A stretch of 63,896 bases of DNA, the filler included, from Cladosporium halotolerans (taxonomy: Eukaryota): the NCBI RefSeq assembly GCF_011745625.1. It is 9 parts of 9 records of this genome, joined end to end, with 100 filler letters (N's around TTAATTAATTAA, not from the genome) between each part and the next. Parts side by side here need not be neighbours in the genome. Positions count along the whole stretch, not along the records: positions 29,231 to 36,199 come from NW_027191635.1; positions 36,300 to 43,172 come from NW_027191636.1; positions 43,273 to 50,113 come from NW_027191637.1; 6 more parts are not named here. The stretch is one strand, 5' to 3'. Made by a program: the position numbers and the translations under genes. The notes below the pieces were generated by a model. The model had not been told where the DNA came from, did no database searches, and was given only the letters and a program-made list of their open reading frames with translations. Below, piece after piece: positions 33,651-46,358 of the stretch (positions are counted from its first letter, which is position 1; each line of letters opens with the position of its first letter).

Positions 33651-35129
33651 GCGGATCAGGGACACGAGGAGTGAATGGTTGGGTTGAGTGAGCGGCGGAG
33701 GTCGTATCGGCGGTAAAGACGGGCCCCAAACGGCGACATAAGCCCTTGGTTAGCTTGAAATGTCCCAGCGGATTTGAGGCTCATTGCACAGTTGAAGCGA
33801 AGAACACTCGCACCGAAAGCCCGTTCCCAGCTTCTCAGATTGATCTTCATCTAGCTCTGCGGGCCGATGAAAGCCGAGATAAGTGTTCAGAGACACCACT
33901 CACGTGACTTTGACCATCAAGGTATCCTCTGACAAGTTGGACTTCACCTCACTTCGAATTTCGTTCCAACTTCGATTCCCAGCACTGACGCTCTGGAATA
34001 CACAACTTCCCGGCTTTTCAATTACCTCCCTTCAATCCACTGGTATGCGGCGAGAAGATCGAAACTATTTCACAACGCTGGAAAGCTCGCAAGCATTATC
34101 CAGTAACGGGACTCTTCACGCGGAGAGGTCTAAAATAAGTCCCTGCTTGTCGCGCGGCATCTTAGTTTTCAGCGGCATTGTCGCTCTGCTGTATTCACGG
34201 GGCTAAACGCACTGCAGCTTCCATGTCCGTCGCAAGATTGCAAAAGTGGGACTTACACTCGTGCGCCGTGTGGCCAGAGCCTGCAGAGCCAGCAGACTGG
34301 GGACGACTTTGCGTGATATAATCGCACGACAAAATCTTCAGCAACCACGAACAGCAAACACCATACACAAGATACTCGTGGCAGTGCCTACCAGCAGCGC
34401 TCGACAAGCTGCCGACAGTCGCCAACTGTCGAGAGCAGCCTGTTTATATTGCCAAGACTAATGGCGACGGTGGCCGGGCAAGTGGCGAAAGCGACGAGCG
34501 AACATAAGCAGTCCCGTCACGGTTCCTCCTAGCGATGCGGCGGCCGTTTACTCGCACTGTTTCATGTTGATACTCAATATCAACCAGTGTTGATACTCAA
34601 ATTCTGAGCCGATACGCAAATTGCATTCTGGAATGCTCGAGATCTTGAAGGTCTCTTTCGGCTGCGTACTCTTTCACATGTGAATGCGCTAGGAGCGGAT
34701 TCCGAGGAAGTGAAAGGGAGAGACTTGTTTCTTCTTGAGCTTACCAAGAAGCGCTTCGCTTGGCGCGCAATTGTTCGACCAGTCAACTCTGCAACTTCAA
34801 CGACACGCAGAAGTGACGGTGGCCCCAAGGGCTTGGAAAGGCAGCCGCGCGATTACAAATGAGGGGTCTGCCCCAAACATACACGTCGAAATTGGGGATC
34901 TGCTTCAGTTCTTCCGCTCTGCATCTACTCCCATAACCGCATTATGGCACCTTGCTGCGACCTTTCTGGAGACGCGTAGACCCCGTCGCCCTGCTGCACC
35001 CCACAACATGAGCAACATAACTCTCAATAAGGCATTGTCGAAGACGAAAAGTGCGCTGGCGAAAATTGCGACGGTAATAAGACCACTCTCAATCCAAGAT
35101 TTGCTAGTCTTCTGACGCTGGTATACAGA

Positions 35130-36100
35130 ACAGTGCGTTGAAGCTGCCGCAGCTGTCGAGTGTCGCGAGGCGCGAGAAAGAGGCGATTAAAGGTTGATTT
35201 TACAACCTATTGGCACGCCCTTCATTGATGGCTGATATCAGGCGCTACAGAAACGCGCTTTCGAGACGACGAAAGAAGCCATGAAAAAACGCAATGCCAC
35301 AATAAAATTCAGCACACAAAGGAGGACGAACATGGCCAGGCGCTTCATCGAGGCACGAGCGCGGTGGTGATAACTTAAAGCCAGTGGACGCCTGCTCAGA
35401 GCACCGTCGCTCAGCTTATGCGAAGTACGCCAGTTTCTTGGAGCAGGCTCGCTGCATTTGCCGAAGAGTTTTGGCCGAACATGCTCAGGCGAATTGTAGT
35501 AAGAGGGAGCCAACCGCCAAGTCTAGCTTAGGCTTCGAACGTTCGGGCTCGAAGTCGTCCTTGGCTACTTCCTTCTACGGCATGCCTCATGGTGAAGTCG
35601 TGCCGTACCGCCAGGCGCGGATCTCCACGTCCCGAGTACGCCGACATTATAGGTGTTGCCCGCGAGACTGTCAATTTAGGCAATATCATTCAATATGGTC
35701 ATGACCAAGATGATTGGAGTCACGGTCATAGCAACGGTGATTGCGGGCACGAACACACGACTAATGCAGAGCGCGAAGGTCATCTCAACTCACAACCTGA
35801 ACAGTCCGGCAGATCACGATGGACGACACTTCTGCCCTGGGTTTCCGGACAAAGGACTCCGACCCTAAAGAATCTGGAAAACCGTCTTGGCAACTATGAA
35901 CCAATTGCTTTCTCCGTTGGCGGCATGGACTGCTTCAGCTGCGGTGGCATTCTCGCGCGTGGGTTAAGCGGCACTCATGGTGTCCGGAATGCTCGCGTCA
36001 ACTTCGTCGGCGGCAGTGCGGAACGTGAGATCGCAACAGACTTGACCACCGGTAACCAGATTCCTCGCCAGGTCGAACAGCAGACCCTCTATACACTCAC
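35130..36100 (+). pseudogene. Heavy-metal P1B-type ATPase N-terminal part, truncated by hAT-like insertion
   Basis: ACSEHRRSAYAKYASFLEQARCICR, His-rich linker and HMA motif FSVGGMDCFSCG...GVRNARVNFV. Frameshifted; ends at the TIR. Confidence 0.7.
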
Positions 36101-36199
36101 CAGTGGTGTCCACAAGCAAGTCCAGTACGAGCGGCTTGCTTGCGCTTGGCTATTTTGAGCACCAAGCAAGCAAGCAAGCCAAAGGGTCATGATCAAGCA
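36101..36199. mobile_element. hAT-like transposon terminus
   Basis: Starts CAGTGGTGTC, followed by CAAG/CTTG subterminal repeats; interrupts coding sequence. Confidence 0.6.
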
Positions 36200-36299
36200 N
36201 NNNNNNNNNNNNNNNNNNNNNNNNNNNNNNNNNNNNNNNNNNNTTAATTAATTAANNNNNNNNNNNNNNNNNNNNNNNNNNNNNNNNNNNNNNNNNNNN
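36200..36299. other. Artificial contig linker
   Basis: N44-TTAATTAATTAA-N44. Confidence 0.97.
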
Positions 36300-38967
36300 A
36301 GTTGCGGTCGTTGAGAAATCACGTAGAGAAGAGGACGCGTTGGTGCCGCGTCAAGCGTGCCTGAGGTGTGGACGTGCTTGAGGTGGGGAAAGCTTCTACC
36401 GGCGCTGTTGCCCCCCGCATTTCCTAGGGGTTTGATTGGTCAAGATCTTGAACGCGACGCGGCCGTATCCCACGCGCGCGTATCTTGTCGTGGCCACCCT
36501 TGTGGGACTGGCAAAGGGCGTCTCAGCTCACTGCACCATACATGACAAGCAACATGTCCGACTATAAGACACCGTCGAATGACCCGATCGGTCTCGGTGA
36601 CGACTATCAAAGCGGATCCGAGGAGGTCGACAGCGTTGATCGTAAGCCTCCTGCCACCCCTGATCCATCCAATTCGGTCGAATGCACTGCCGTCGCTGCC
36701 GTCACAAGGCACAAGTCCGGCAAAAAGCGACGTCGACGCACCCGAGCAGATGAGATCTGGTCACATTCACGCAAACATGTACCAGGTCTAGAGCCTGAGC
36801 GGTGTGAAGTGGGTCGTCGGCTGTGGTACTGCAACGTTTGCCCAAACTACAGTGTATCGAGTACAAGTGGCGCGAGAGGACATATGGCCTCTATACATTC
36901 AGTCGTTGTGTCTGACGAGATCATGAGGGGCGTGAAGAAAGCCAAGTATCACGACGTCCGTCAGATGCTCTCCAAGCAGGCGTTAGCACAGCAGGAAGAA
37001 GCTACGCACAGCGACAAACTTGTACTTCAGGCCGCAGCTGATCCAACTCTGGTAAAGGCGGCCTGGATTCGGCTCCTCATACGACACGACCTCCCGCATA
37101 ACTCTGTCTCATGGCCGGAGCTACATACATTTGTGCATACAATCAACCACATGGCCTCTGATATCCTGCCTACCTCGAGTAACACGGTACGGAATTCCAT
37201 CACGGCAACATTCAAACAGAAGCAATGGCTCGTCCGTGACGTTATGCGTGCTGCGAAGTCGCGTATCCATGTCACGACTGACACTTGGCACTCGCCGGCG
37301 TCGACGGAGTTTCAGGCGATTAACGCTCATTTCGTCGACGAACATGGCCGGTTAAGGAAAGCTTTGCTAAATCTCGTTGAGCTCGGAAATGGACACGGTG
37401 GTGAGGCCCGTTGCAGAACACGTCGTCCGTACGCTTGAGTTCTATGGTGTCAAGGACAGGTTAGGATTTTTGACCGGCGACAACCATGGCGCCAATGACA
37501 CGCTTTGCAGAGCCATTGCTAAGGACTTGGGTGACTGGAATCCAGTGGACAATCGGCTCCGTTGCCTTGGACACATCATCAATCTTGCCGTCCAGGCGTT
37601 TCTGTTCGCCAAGAGCGAAGAGGCCATAGCAGAGGCCGAACGACAGTCACAGCGTTGCAGGACTGACATGGACTACGAGATTGCAGCCGGCTCTATCAAG
37701 ATGGACGGGCACGGGTGGTCAACCATCTTGCCTTTACAGAAGCTACACAGCTTGGTCCTGAAGCTGAACAAAAGCGACAGGCTGAAGTCGCAGTTCAAGA
37801 AATTGACGAAAGGCCGCATGATTCACTCGGATAACGAAACTCGCTGGAACAGCTGGTTCTTCACCATTGACAGCGCGTTGCGGCTCCAGTTTGAAGTCGG
37901 ACAATTCATCCACGACAATCACAAAGAGCTTGGCCATCTCGAACTCAATCATTCGGAATGGCAAATACTCCGCGAGACACTCGCGTTCCTTCAGCCATTC
38001 AAAGAGGCAACCAAACGTTGTGAAGGTGACAACACAACGCTGGACCACCTCCACGAAACTATGGACTTCCTTGTGAATCACTTCGATAAACAGATGGTTC
38101 TCCACCGGACGAACAAACCTTTCATCGAGTGCATCATGGTCGGTTGGTATACCTTAGACAGATATTACAACAAGATCGATGAGACTGGCGCATATGCAGC
38201 AGCAATACTTTTGCATCCGAACAAGAGAAAGGCTTACCTTCAGGCTGTGTGGAAGCGTTCTTGGATAAAACCCGGCCTTCGTCGTGCTGAGGATTTGTGG
38301 GTGAGGCAGTACGAGCGTCTCGAAGCCGGTCAAGGCTCCACCACACTTTGTCACCTGAGCAACGATTGCGAATCTACAGAACTTACATCTTACGAGATTT
38401 GGCAACGACAGCAATCGGCGAAGATCGCAGAAAGCAACAACTCAAGCTCGGAGTTCAAGCGTTTTGTTGACGCACCAGCAGAGGCCATCCGCTTCCACGA
38501 TTCATTCACTGTCTTGGACTGGTGGCAAGAGCCGAGCCAGAAGCGTACCTATCCGCGGCTAAGCCTCATGGCTTTAGACGTCCTCTCCGCACCTGCGATG
38601 AGTGCTGAAGCGGAGAGAGTGTTCAGTCGTGCAAGACGACAAATTACCTTCGATCGCGAATGTCTGAAGTCTGATATAATCGGTCAGAAGGAATGCTTGA
38701 AGAGCTGGCACATCCAGCAGCTGGTAGATGAGACAGTGATCGTTCAGGAGTCATACGAGCCCTCTTAAATTATGCTCGAGAGTCTGTAGATGAATGAAGA
38801 TCACGATCAAGCCTTTTTCTTTTTCTGACGTCGTACTACTTCCATCTCGATTCTCGACGCCAAGACTCCTTGTTACACACTACTTAAGATGATTTTCTTA
38901 ATGGACAGAGGTTTCGTTAATGGACAGGTACAGGGTGGACTCTCCTTACTGGACAAGTCCACCATTG
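36300..38967 (+). mobile_element. hAT (Restless-like) DNA transposon lacking its left end
   Basis: Transposase plus a candidate right TIR ...ggacaagtccaccattg at 38967 (reverse complement CAATGGTGGA), with TGGAC subterminal repeats. Confidence 0.85.
36542..38768 (+). CDS. hAT transposase (single +1 frameshift at CCC 37407-37409)
   Basis: BED finger WYCNVC...GHMASIH, TTDTW, TGDN, LRCLGHIINLAVQ (CxxH), NETRWNS, dimerisation region LDWW...YPRLSLMALDVLSAPAMSAEAERVFS. Confidence 0.93.
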
Positions 38968-39921
38968 AAAGGCTTGGTCCCGAGGCTTCGCCAACGTGTT
39001 CTGAGTGGCTGTTGGGCAACTATGTGGAACAGCATGGACTCACGGTCTCGCATGTACGAGCAGGGAAACGAGTAACGTTAAATTAGGAACGTACTGTAGC
39101 TTTTGGCGCCAATGTCACTGTCAAGGCCAACGCGCCGACGCCTGCGCTTGCTCGAGGGCTGGCAGAGATGTCGGTGAATTAGCCTTGAGAATCAGCGCAC
39201 GAATCTTTGCGTTAAAGTCTCTATTTGCCTTCGATATTGTCAGTGCCCACTCTTGTTCTGCGTTGCTAGCGCATGATCCATCGTCTCTTCGGCGCCTCAG
39301 CCTGTGACTGCAAGATTGACAGGGCTTTGCGGCTTCGTTGGTCATGAGCCAGGGCCGGAGAGGTGAAGCATGATCGCACACAAATGAAGGATGATGATCA
39401 GTCCGACCGTAGATGGAACTCCTCACACGCCACACGCTCGATTGATCTTCGTCTCTTGATCCAGCGGTGCAACTTGCGACCGAGATTTCCACACAATCAC
39501 GCGTTGACGGTCAGCGAGGCATCTCAACGACGACTTGGCTCACCCTGTAGCGTCTTCCACTATCCTTTTGGATGCAGAAACGATCGACGTCACAGCCATG
39601 ACCAGGTTGGGGTCAACGACATCAACCCTGGCCTCGTGTTGAGTCGTTGCCGGCACGATAGAATCGGCCGATCTTAACGGCTCCGACGCATTCGTAGCAA
39701 GCCCCGGTGTCGGCGGCCTTTCGAGGAGGCTGGTAGCGAGAATGGTGTGGTTGACAGAATCCGCAGCTCCGGTATAAGAGTGGGCCGGCCATTGCTACTG
39801 TACCATTCGTTTGCGCGATCAAGGCCTTTTGACGAGTTTTCCCATCAGCAAATTCCACTTCCCCCCCATATGGATTTTCATCCTCACTGTATGACACAAT
39901 TTCCTGAATGAAGCCAACGCG

Positions 39922-41336
39922 ATGCCTCAAGCAAGCCTTGAAGACTTGGTTGCACAGAGCCGTGATGACAGCGGCGGATTGGACTGGAGTTTCTTGAAAG
40001 ACCTCAGGAACTTTTGCGATAACGAGGCAGATGTTGTTCTGACCGCACTACACCGTCGGCCGGACTCTGCCTGTCGCTCTTTGTCACCGCCGCGGCAGGG
40101 TGATCTGCTCGAGAAACTCCGAGAGGGAAGTCAGACCGATCCCGTGCTTCACCAATTCTGGTCAAACCTGCGCAAAGTGCCCGACTGGGTCGACTGGGCG
40201 CAACTGGAGAGGGGGCAACGCGTGTTCCATCGCTACATTCTGGCATCCATCACGGGATCTGTTCTGCAAGGCTTCATAGGTGAGAACTCCTCGGCCTCTG
40301 GTGTTGTCGAAGTCTTGACCAGGACTGGCGGATTTCATCCCAAGAACCTATCACGGAGACTGCAAGACACATTTCGATGGCTGCTCGAGGTCACATCCGA
40401 CTTGCGATCTATTCAACCAGGCGGTAAAGGTCATGCAGATACGATAAGGGTACGGCTGCTGCACGCGCAGGTCCGTCAACGCATTCTGAAATTGACCGAG
40501 CAAAGGCCGAGCTACTACGATAAAGGCCAACATGGCCTTCCCATAAACACTCTTGACTCCGTCCATTCGATATCGACATTCTGCTGCAGTCCTATGTGGT
40601 CGCAGCTGCCCAAAGTCGGAGTAAATCCAACTCAGCAAGAGATCCAAGACTATGTCGCACTTTTTCGCTATCTCGGTCATCTGCTGGGAGTTCCACATGT
40701 ACTTTTCGACTCGACGGATCGAGCCAAGGCCATCTTGCACGCCATGACGGTCCACGAATCTCAACCAAGTGTGCAGTCCAGGAAGATTGCACAAAACTTC
40801 ATCGAGACGATCACATCCATCGAACCATGTACGTTGTCTGCAGGATTTGTCGCAGCGGGCTCACGCTGCATGAACGGCCACGCACTGTGCGATACCCTCG
40901 GCATACCGCACGCGACCAGCATTCATTACGCCACATTTCGCGGTTGTTGCTGGCTCGCGTCCGCTTTGTGTTTTCTGCAACGCAGATCATGCGCCACGGA
41001 CGCTTCCTCATCCGCGTAAGGTGACCTTCCCGCAACAGCAAAGCCATGGCTGACAAGTTCTATCAGGTGTCGCGCAAGACTCTCAATCGTATTTTCGATG
41101 AGTCGCAGTCTTCCCAAACGGACGGACGGCCATTTGTGTTACGGTACGTGCCGACGTACTCTGGGCCCAAGATCGTCGGCGCGAAGAGTGACGCCGCTTT
41201 ACGGCTCCCGGTCAATATTGAGCTCATCTTTCGGGCCGTATTTGCGCTTTACTGCAGTTTTTATTGTTTGCTTGTTTTGTCAGCGGGCGCAGCTTTGTCT
41301 CACTGCGTGAAGAGTCTTGTTGCTGTTCACAAATAG
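39922..41336 (+). CDS. ER-bound oxygenase MpaB / rubber oxygenase-like (DUF2236) protein
   Basis: VPDWVDWAQLERGQRVF, RRLQDT, IRVRLLHAQVR, PINTLD, ALFRYLGHLLG. Intron 41016-41066 leads to a C-terminal TM exon; needs a 1-nt correction near 41004. Confidence 0.85.
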
Positions 41337-43172
41337 TATGGCAAGCGAGCGATCGTGCGGTTCGCAAGGTGCGAGTTCCCAACACTCTTGTAATGCTCGT
41401 GGTCGTAGGGAATCACATGCAAAGATCTTCGGACCTCTGGTCGATTCTCGAATCCTGTCGAGTGCAGAGCCTCCTTACTGCAGTGGTAGCGAGCCTTTGG
41501 TACATCGCTAGGTGTCGCAACGAGGATCTATCGTGTATACAGATCAATTGTGCGCAGAATGCTCGCTCCTGTTGACCATGAAAAGGTTGAAAGTAGATGC
41601 TGTCGGCCCTTGCAAGCGTCCTTCGACGATGGAGTAAGTTCTTGCCCGCGGGTATCAATCGATCGTATTACGCCACGAGCGATCAGGACTTCGCTCTTAC
41701 ACTCTTACATCATTCGCCCTTGCATCATTAGCTGACGTTGTAGGGTACGGCTCTCAAGCTCTATGTTCGTCCATCGTTAAGACCTCGCAGCACGAATTGC
41801 TGCGTAATCCGATTCTCAACTGGTTGGCACCAATCCAGAAATGTGGTCTTCGGTGCCTTTGACTTGTGCAATTGGATCGTCAGGAGCTCTGAACAGTCAT
41901 CACTTATGCCCGAAGAAACTTGAAGCAGGTTTTACCGTGACGTTTGCCCGACGACGAGCAAAGTCTTCTCGCCTGTGCTGGTGATCCAGAGCTAAGTTTT
42001 CGTCTTGCTGACTTGTGTGCCTTGGGATCAGCTGGCCGCGGCTGCGACGGTGGCAGCAGCGGCGGTGGTGGTGTGGAGCCTGACTCACCACCAGTACGCG
42101 AGCTAATCATCATCGAGCAGCGGTGGGTAAGGTCGGCACTGGCGAAGAGGGCATAAATTATAGTAGTACTGTATCTTGCACTCGCGTGTGTTGGTTGTAC
42201 AAGCATAAAAGTCGGCCGGCGTCAATCAATCTTGTGCAGAAAAGCCATCACGAGGAGAGGGAATTGCTTTCAAGCTACAGTATTGGCACGACAAGTGACC
42301 ACTGGGGATTTCGGTTCGCCGATGCGATCATCGAAAGCCTGAACAAAGACATAGAAGAAGGCGCAGGCCAGCGGCTGATGGAGGTGTTGGTTACGTTTTG
42401 ATAATAATAGTCAGAACTTCGAAGTAGGTCATGCCGAGACCTTTGTTCGGCAAGTGATGACCAAGCGAAACAACTGGAGGAATGGACTGCATGCGCGACC
42501 GAGGCATGACAGTGGGGTGCTCAATTGTAACACTCGTCAATCCTATGGGAGTCGCTTTCAGGCTAGATGAAGCAGGGTCTGCCGGAAAGTGTACTGTACC
42601 CGGTAAGAAACAGCACGACGCTGGCATCCAAGTAGCGTGAGTGGGCAATCGTTTGATGCTTCCGTCAGGAGCTTTTGGAAGTGTGGGACTCCGACCATGA
42701 GTTCTGAGGGAATTGCGCACCAATATTTCGAGGTGATTGTTGCCGAGCGAATGGGTGCCAATTGCTACAGTACAGTAAGCGATGTAAAGATTACATTTGC
42801 AAGACTGAACGGAAATAAGTCTTTTTCGTGACGTCGTATCGGTAGTCGATGGTGGTGTGGGGCGCTGGTACAGTGGTTGAGGTGTGAGAACGGACACCGT
42901 TCCATCGGCAGGTGAGCTCAATCCCACGCTCACACAGTATGGCCGGCTTTTCGCCAGGATCTTTTTCCGTGTTTCTCGTATAAATTGCTTCAGTACTGTC
43001 CCGTATCCTATAGAGAATATTTCCGCTCCATTGACCTAATTGTGCAAGAGACATGGCTGACTCACGCGAGATGACTGTGAAATTCCCCAACCTCTTCGTT
43101 GGCTTCCTCGCCCCAGAGCCGACCCTAAACGCCAACTATCCTGCTGTTCGCGAAGCCTCTGAGGATTCAATA

Positions 43173-43272
43173 NNNNNNNNNNNNNNNNNNNNNNNNNNNN
43201 NNNNNNNNNNNNNNNNTTAATTAATTAANNNNNNNNNNNNNNNNNNNNNNNNNNNNNNNNNNNNNNNNNNNN
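43173..43272. other. Artificial contig linker
   Basis: N44-TTAATTAATTAA-N44. Confidence 0.97.
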
Positions 43273-43804
43273 ACTTTCTCGTACTAAGATGCACGGAGAA
43301 GCGGGGGGCAGAGAAGTGTGGGACACGGCCCAGCGAGACGCATAGCGGCATTGAAACAAGCAGTAGTCGTTGGATAGAATACACGGCTTTTGCCGCAAAA
43401 GGGTGAGCCCTATTTTTCTTGTACAGTGTCCTGATATGTGCCTTTTCCCCTGTCCCACTACAGAAATCCAGATTCAGGTGAACTTGGAGAAATTAAAGTC
43501 AAATCGCGGCTTGGAAGACGTGAATTTAGTCTTCCGTCCGGTATGCGTGATGCAGCCGTTCTGCAAAGTTCAGTGCTTTGCGAAGCTGCTGTCGGAAGCA
43601 CGCTACATGGGCAGCGTTGCTGTCTCGTCGAGCTGAGAGGGGACATGAGTCCTTGGAGAGAATCCGGTCCATCGCAAATACCATTCGTACTCTACAGCGC
43701 TATTGAGCTGTCTGTTGCCTCGAACACCCCATGCCGGAGGCCAGGGGCCCGCGGTGGCCTCTTCACTCTCTCGTCGCCTGGAAGGCTCCGACACCGCTCG
43801 TCGA

Positions 43805-45804
43805 TCACGCCCGCCTGCGATCGAGGACGAGCCAGGCGAGAATTCGGTAGGCCGCGATGATGGCGATCATTACTGGAACAGCGTGCGCAGCAGGTTCGTG
43901 CCCGAGACCGTAGCTGGCCGGGATCGCATCACCCCGTATCATGCACTGGTCTTTCAACACGGTGTCGTAGCTGCATTGGCATTGGTCACCAGGGAGCAGT
44001 TGGCAGGAATAGGTCCTCCGATCGAACTCGTTGTGCATCATGCCCTGGAAGACGTAGGACTGATAGTCGATGTAGTGGAATGCATAACGCCAAAACGGGT
44101 TCAGCCCGTCGACGGGCCGCAGGGAGCCTCCGACACACATCCAAAGTCCGTTCACGAATGCCGTGCCGGCCAAGGCGACGACGAAGATGGGAAAGGCGGA
44201 TGTGACCAGCACCACAAGCGACTCGGCCGCGATCAAATCCAAGAAAAGCCACATGACCCAAGTGAAGAAGCCACCGGCAGCGGGTCGAAAGTTTGACAGC
44301 CAGTATTCGGCGAGCGAGAAGACCAGGGTGATGCAGAAGAGATAGGGCACGCCCACCAAGAAGTTGGCGAGCAGAAACGGGCAGGGGCCGTACAGGCCGT
44401 TCGCGCGCTCTTCGCGAAAGGTGGCGTAGTCCTCGAGAAACGCCGGGATGTAGGCGACTGCCATGAAGGACATGAAAGCACCCCCGAAGAAGATGGCGCT
44501 GACAAAGGCCGGTATGTTGCTCTGGTTCGGGTCCAGGCGCAGCCAGACTGTGCCCATCAAGAGCGCCAGACCGAGGTACATGACGACGCGGATGCCGTAC
44601 ACGACGACGTCCCGGTACGACTTGACGAAGCTGCGGTGCGCGAGGGTGGCGACGACGCTCAGCATGGACGGGGTCGAGATGGGCGCCGGATCGACGTCCA
44701 CCTCGACACCCATCGAGCTGCGCGCCAGTTCGTCGCTCATCTCTCCGTCTGTGATTCTCTTCTGCTCCGATATGTACCACGAGGATGTCACTTGGCCAAC
44801 TTGCCGCTCCGCCTCGTCTCTGCTCCGCGCAAAATCTGTGTTGACGAAGTCGAGTGCGAATTCAGCTGGATTCATCATATCGGGAATGGAGAGATCGCTG
44901 GCACGGAAGTGCCGGGCTATTGCATCGGGAGGACCGCTGTAAGCAATATGGCCCTGGCACAACAGGAGCAGTTTGTTGCACATCATGAACGTAGACGTCG
45001 CAGGCTGGTGTATGGAGGCAATGACGATCAGCTGCTTCTTCGTCAGCGTGGATTCTGACAGCGAGAAATCCGACAGCGAAAGCCTGGCGCGACGTACACG
45101 ATACCTCTCGGCCACGAGTCTGAGGAAGGAGATGACTTCGAACGCTGCGGCCGAGTCCAGACCAGACGTCGGTTCGTCCAAGAACAAGATACGCGGTCCT
45201 GTAACGAGCTGTGCCGCCACGCTGACCCGCCGCTTCTGACCGCCCGAGACGCCCTTTTTGATGGTCGTTCCGATCAAATCGTCTGCCACGTCCGAGAGGC
45301 CAAACGCGGCGAGCAGGGCGGCGACACGCCTCAGGCGCTCTGCCTTGCTTGCGGCGGGCGTGGAAAGCCGGGCTGCGAAGTTGAGGGTTTCTCTGACGGT
45401 CAGTGAACCGATGAGAGCGTCTTCTTGCTCGACGTAAGCAGACATCCGTCTAAACTCGGTTGCGTCGGCAGCGACGCCGTTCAAGTAGAGCAAGCCGTCG
45501 GCTGACACGGTCGGAAAGCGACGCCTCTGCGAGAGAACTTGTAGCAAGGTTGACTTTCCGGAGCCACTGGCGAAGAACGAGTCAGCTCACCACTTGCAGG
45601 GGCGACTTCATAATTTGCTTACGAAGGGCCCATCACGGCCATCAGCTCCCCTTCTGTCACCATGCCATCCACGTTCGACAAGATGGCCTTTTGCTGTTTT
45701 GTACGACGATCTTCCACCTTGACGGTGAGGCCTGTCCAGAGGAAGCTGCGAATGCTCTTGTTTTGGAAGTGGGCGTCAGTGCCCCCTTCTTCATCTTGAT
45801 CCAT
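43805..45804 (-). CDS. ABCG (white-type) half transporter
   Basis: Walker A MGPS|GSGKST split by an intron, YVEQED, signature VSGGQKRR, ILFLDEPTSGLD, SIHQP, C-terminal ABC2 membrane domain. TATA-like tataaaag near 45900. Confidence 0.95.
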
Positions 45805-46358
45805 GTCGATTTCCGAGCCGTCAGTCGACTGTACACCTTGTTCCTCAGAGAGACGCGGGGCTCTTGCAGCTAGATCTGACAACGAGGGGTGACTGGCCTT
45901 TTATATCTTGACTGAAATCTTTCGCGGGATTGTGACAGCTGGTGCCAAGGGCGTCGAGGTGAGTCGTTTGTCGAGCGCCGATCTTGGCGGCCTCAACGGT
46001 GGAGAGGCGGCCTGCCAGAAAGCCAGAGTGGAGACGAGTAAGGGAGGCGAGGAAGGGAGGCGAGGAAGGGTATGATGGACGGAAGCCAGAAGGGACAAAG
46101 GGAAGCACAAAGGGAGATGGTGGATGGGGCGAGAGAAGGGGAAAGAAGGATAGGCACTGTACAGTTCAGTACAAAAAGGAGGGAGCCGGTACTGTATCAC
46201 GGAGCTTGCTCAACCAACGCCTTGCCACAGGGACCGCATCGGCTGGGCCGGTCGGAGGAGACAAGATTGCATAAAGACGTACTGCAGGAGCGCTCGTCGA
46301 CTTCAATCTCTTTTCCATCCACTGTCATAGTCCAGGTTCGTCCCGTTGCGTCGCACCG

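Noticed and set aside
36101..38967. Treating the terminus at 36101 as the left end of the hAT element at 36300-38967
   Set aside because: They are separated by an artificial linker, the TIR and subterminal motifs differ, and the flanking 8-mers (acactcac vs aaaggctt) do not match.
41900..43172. Short protein-like fragments at the end of contig 6
   Set aside because: There are multiple stops and no assignable family; possibly relic sequence.
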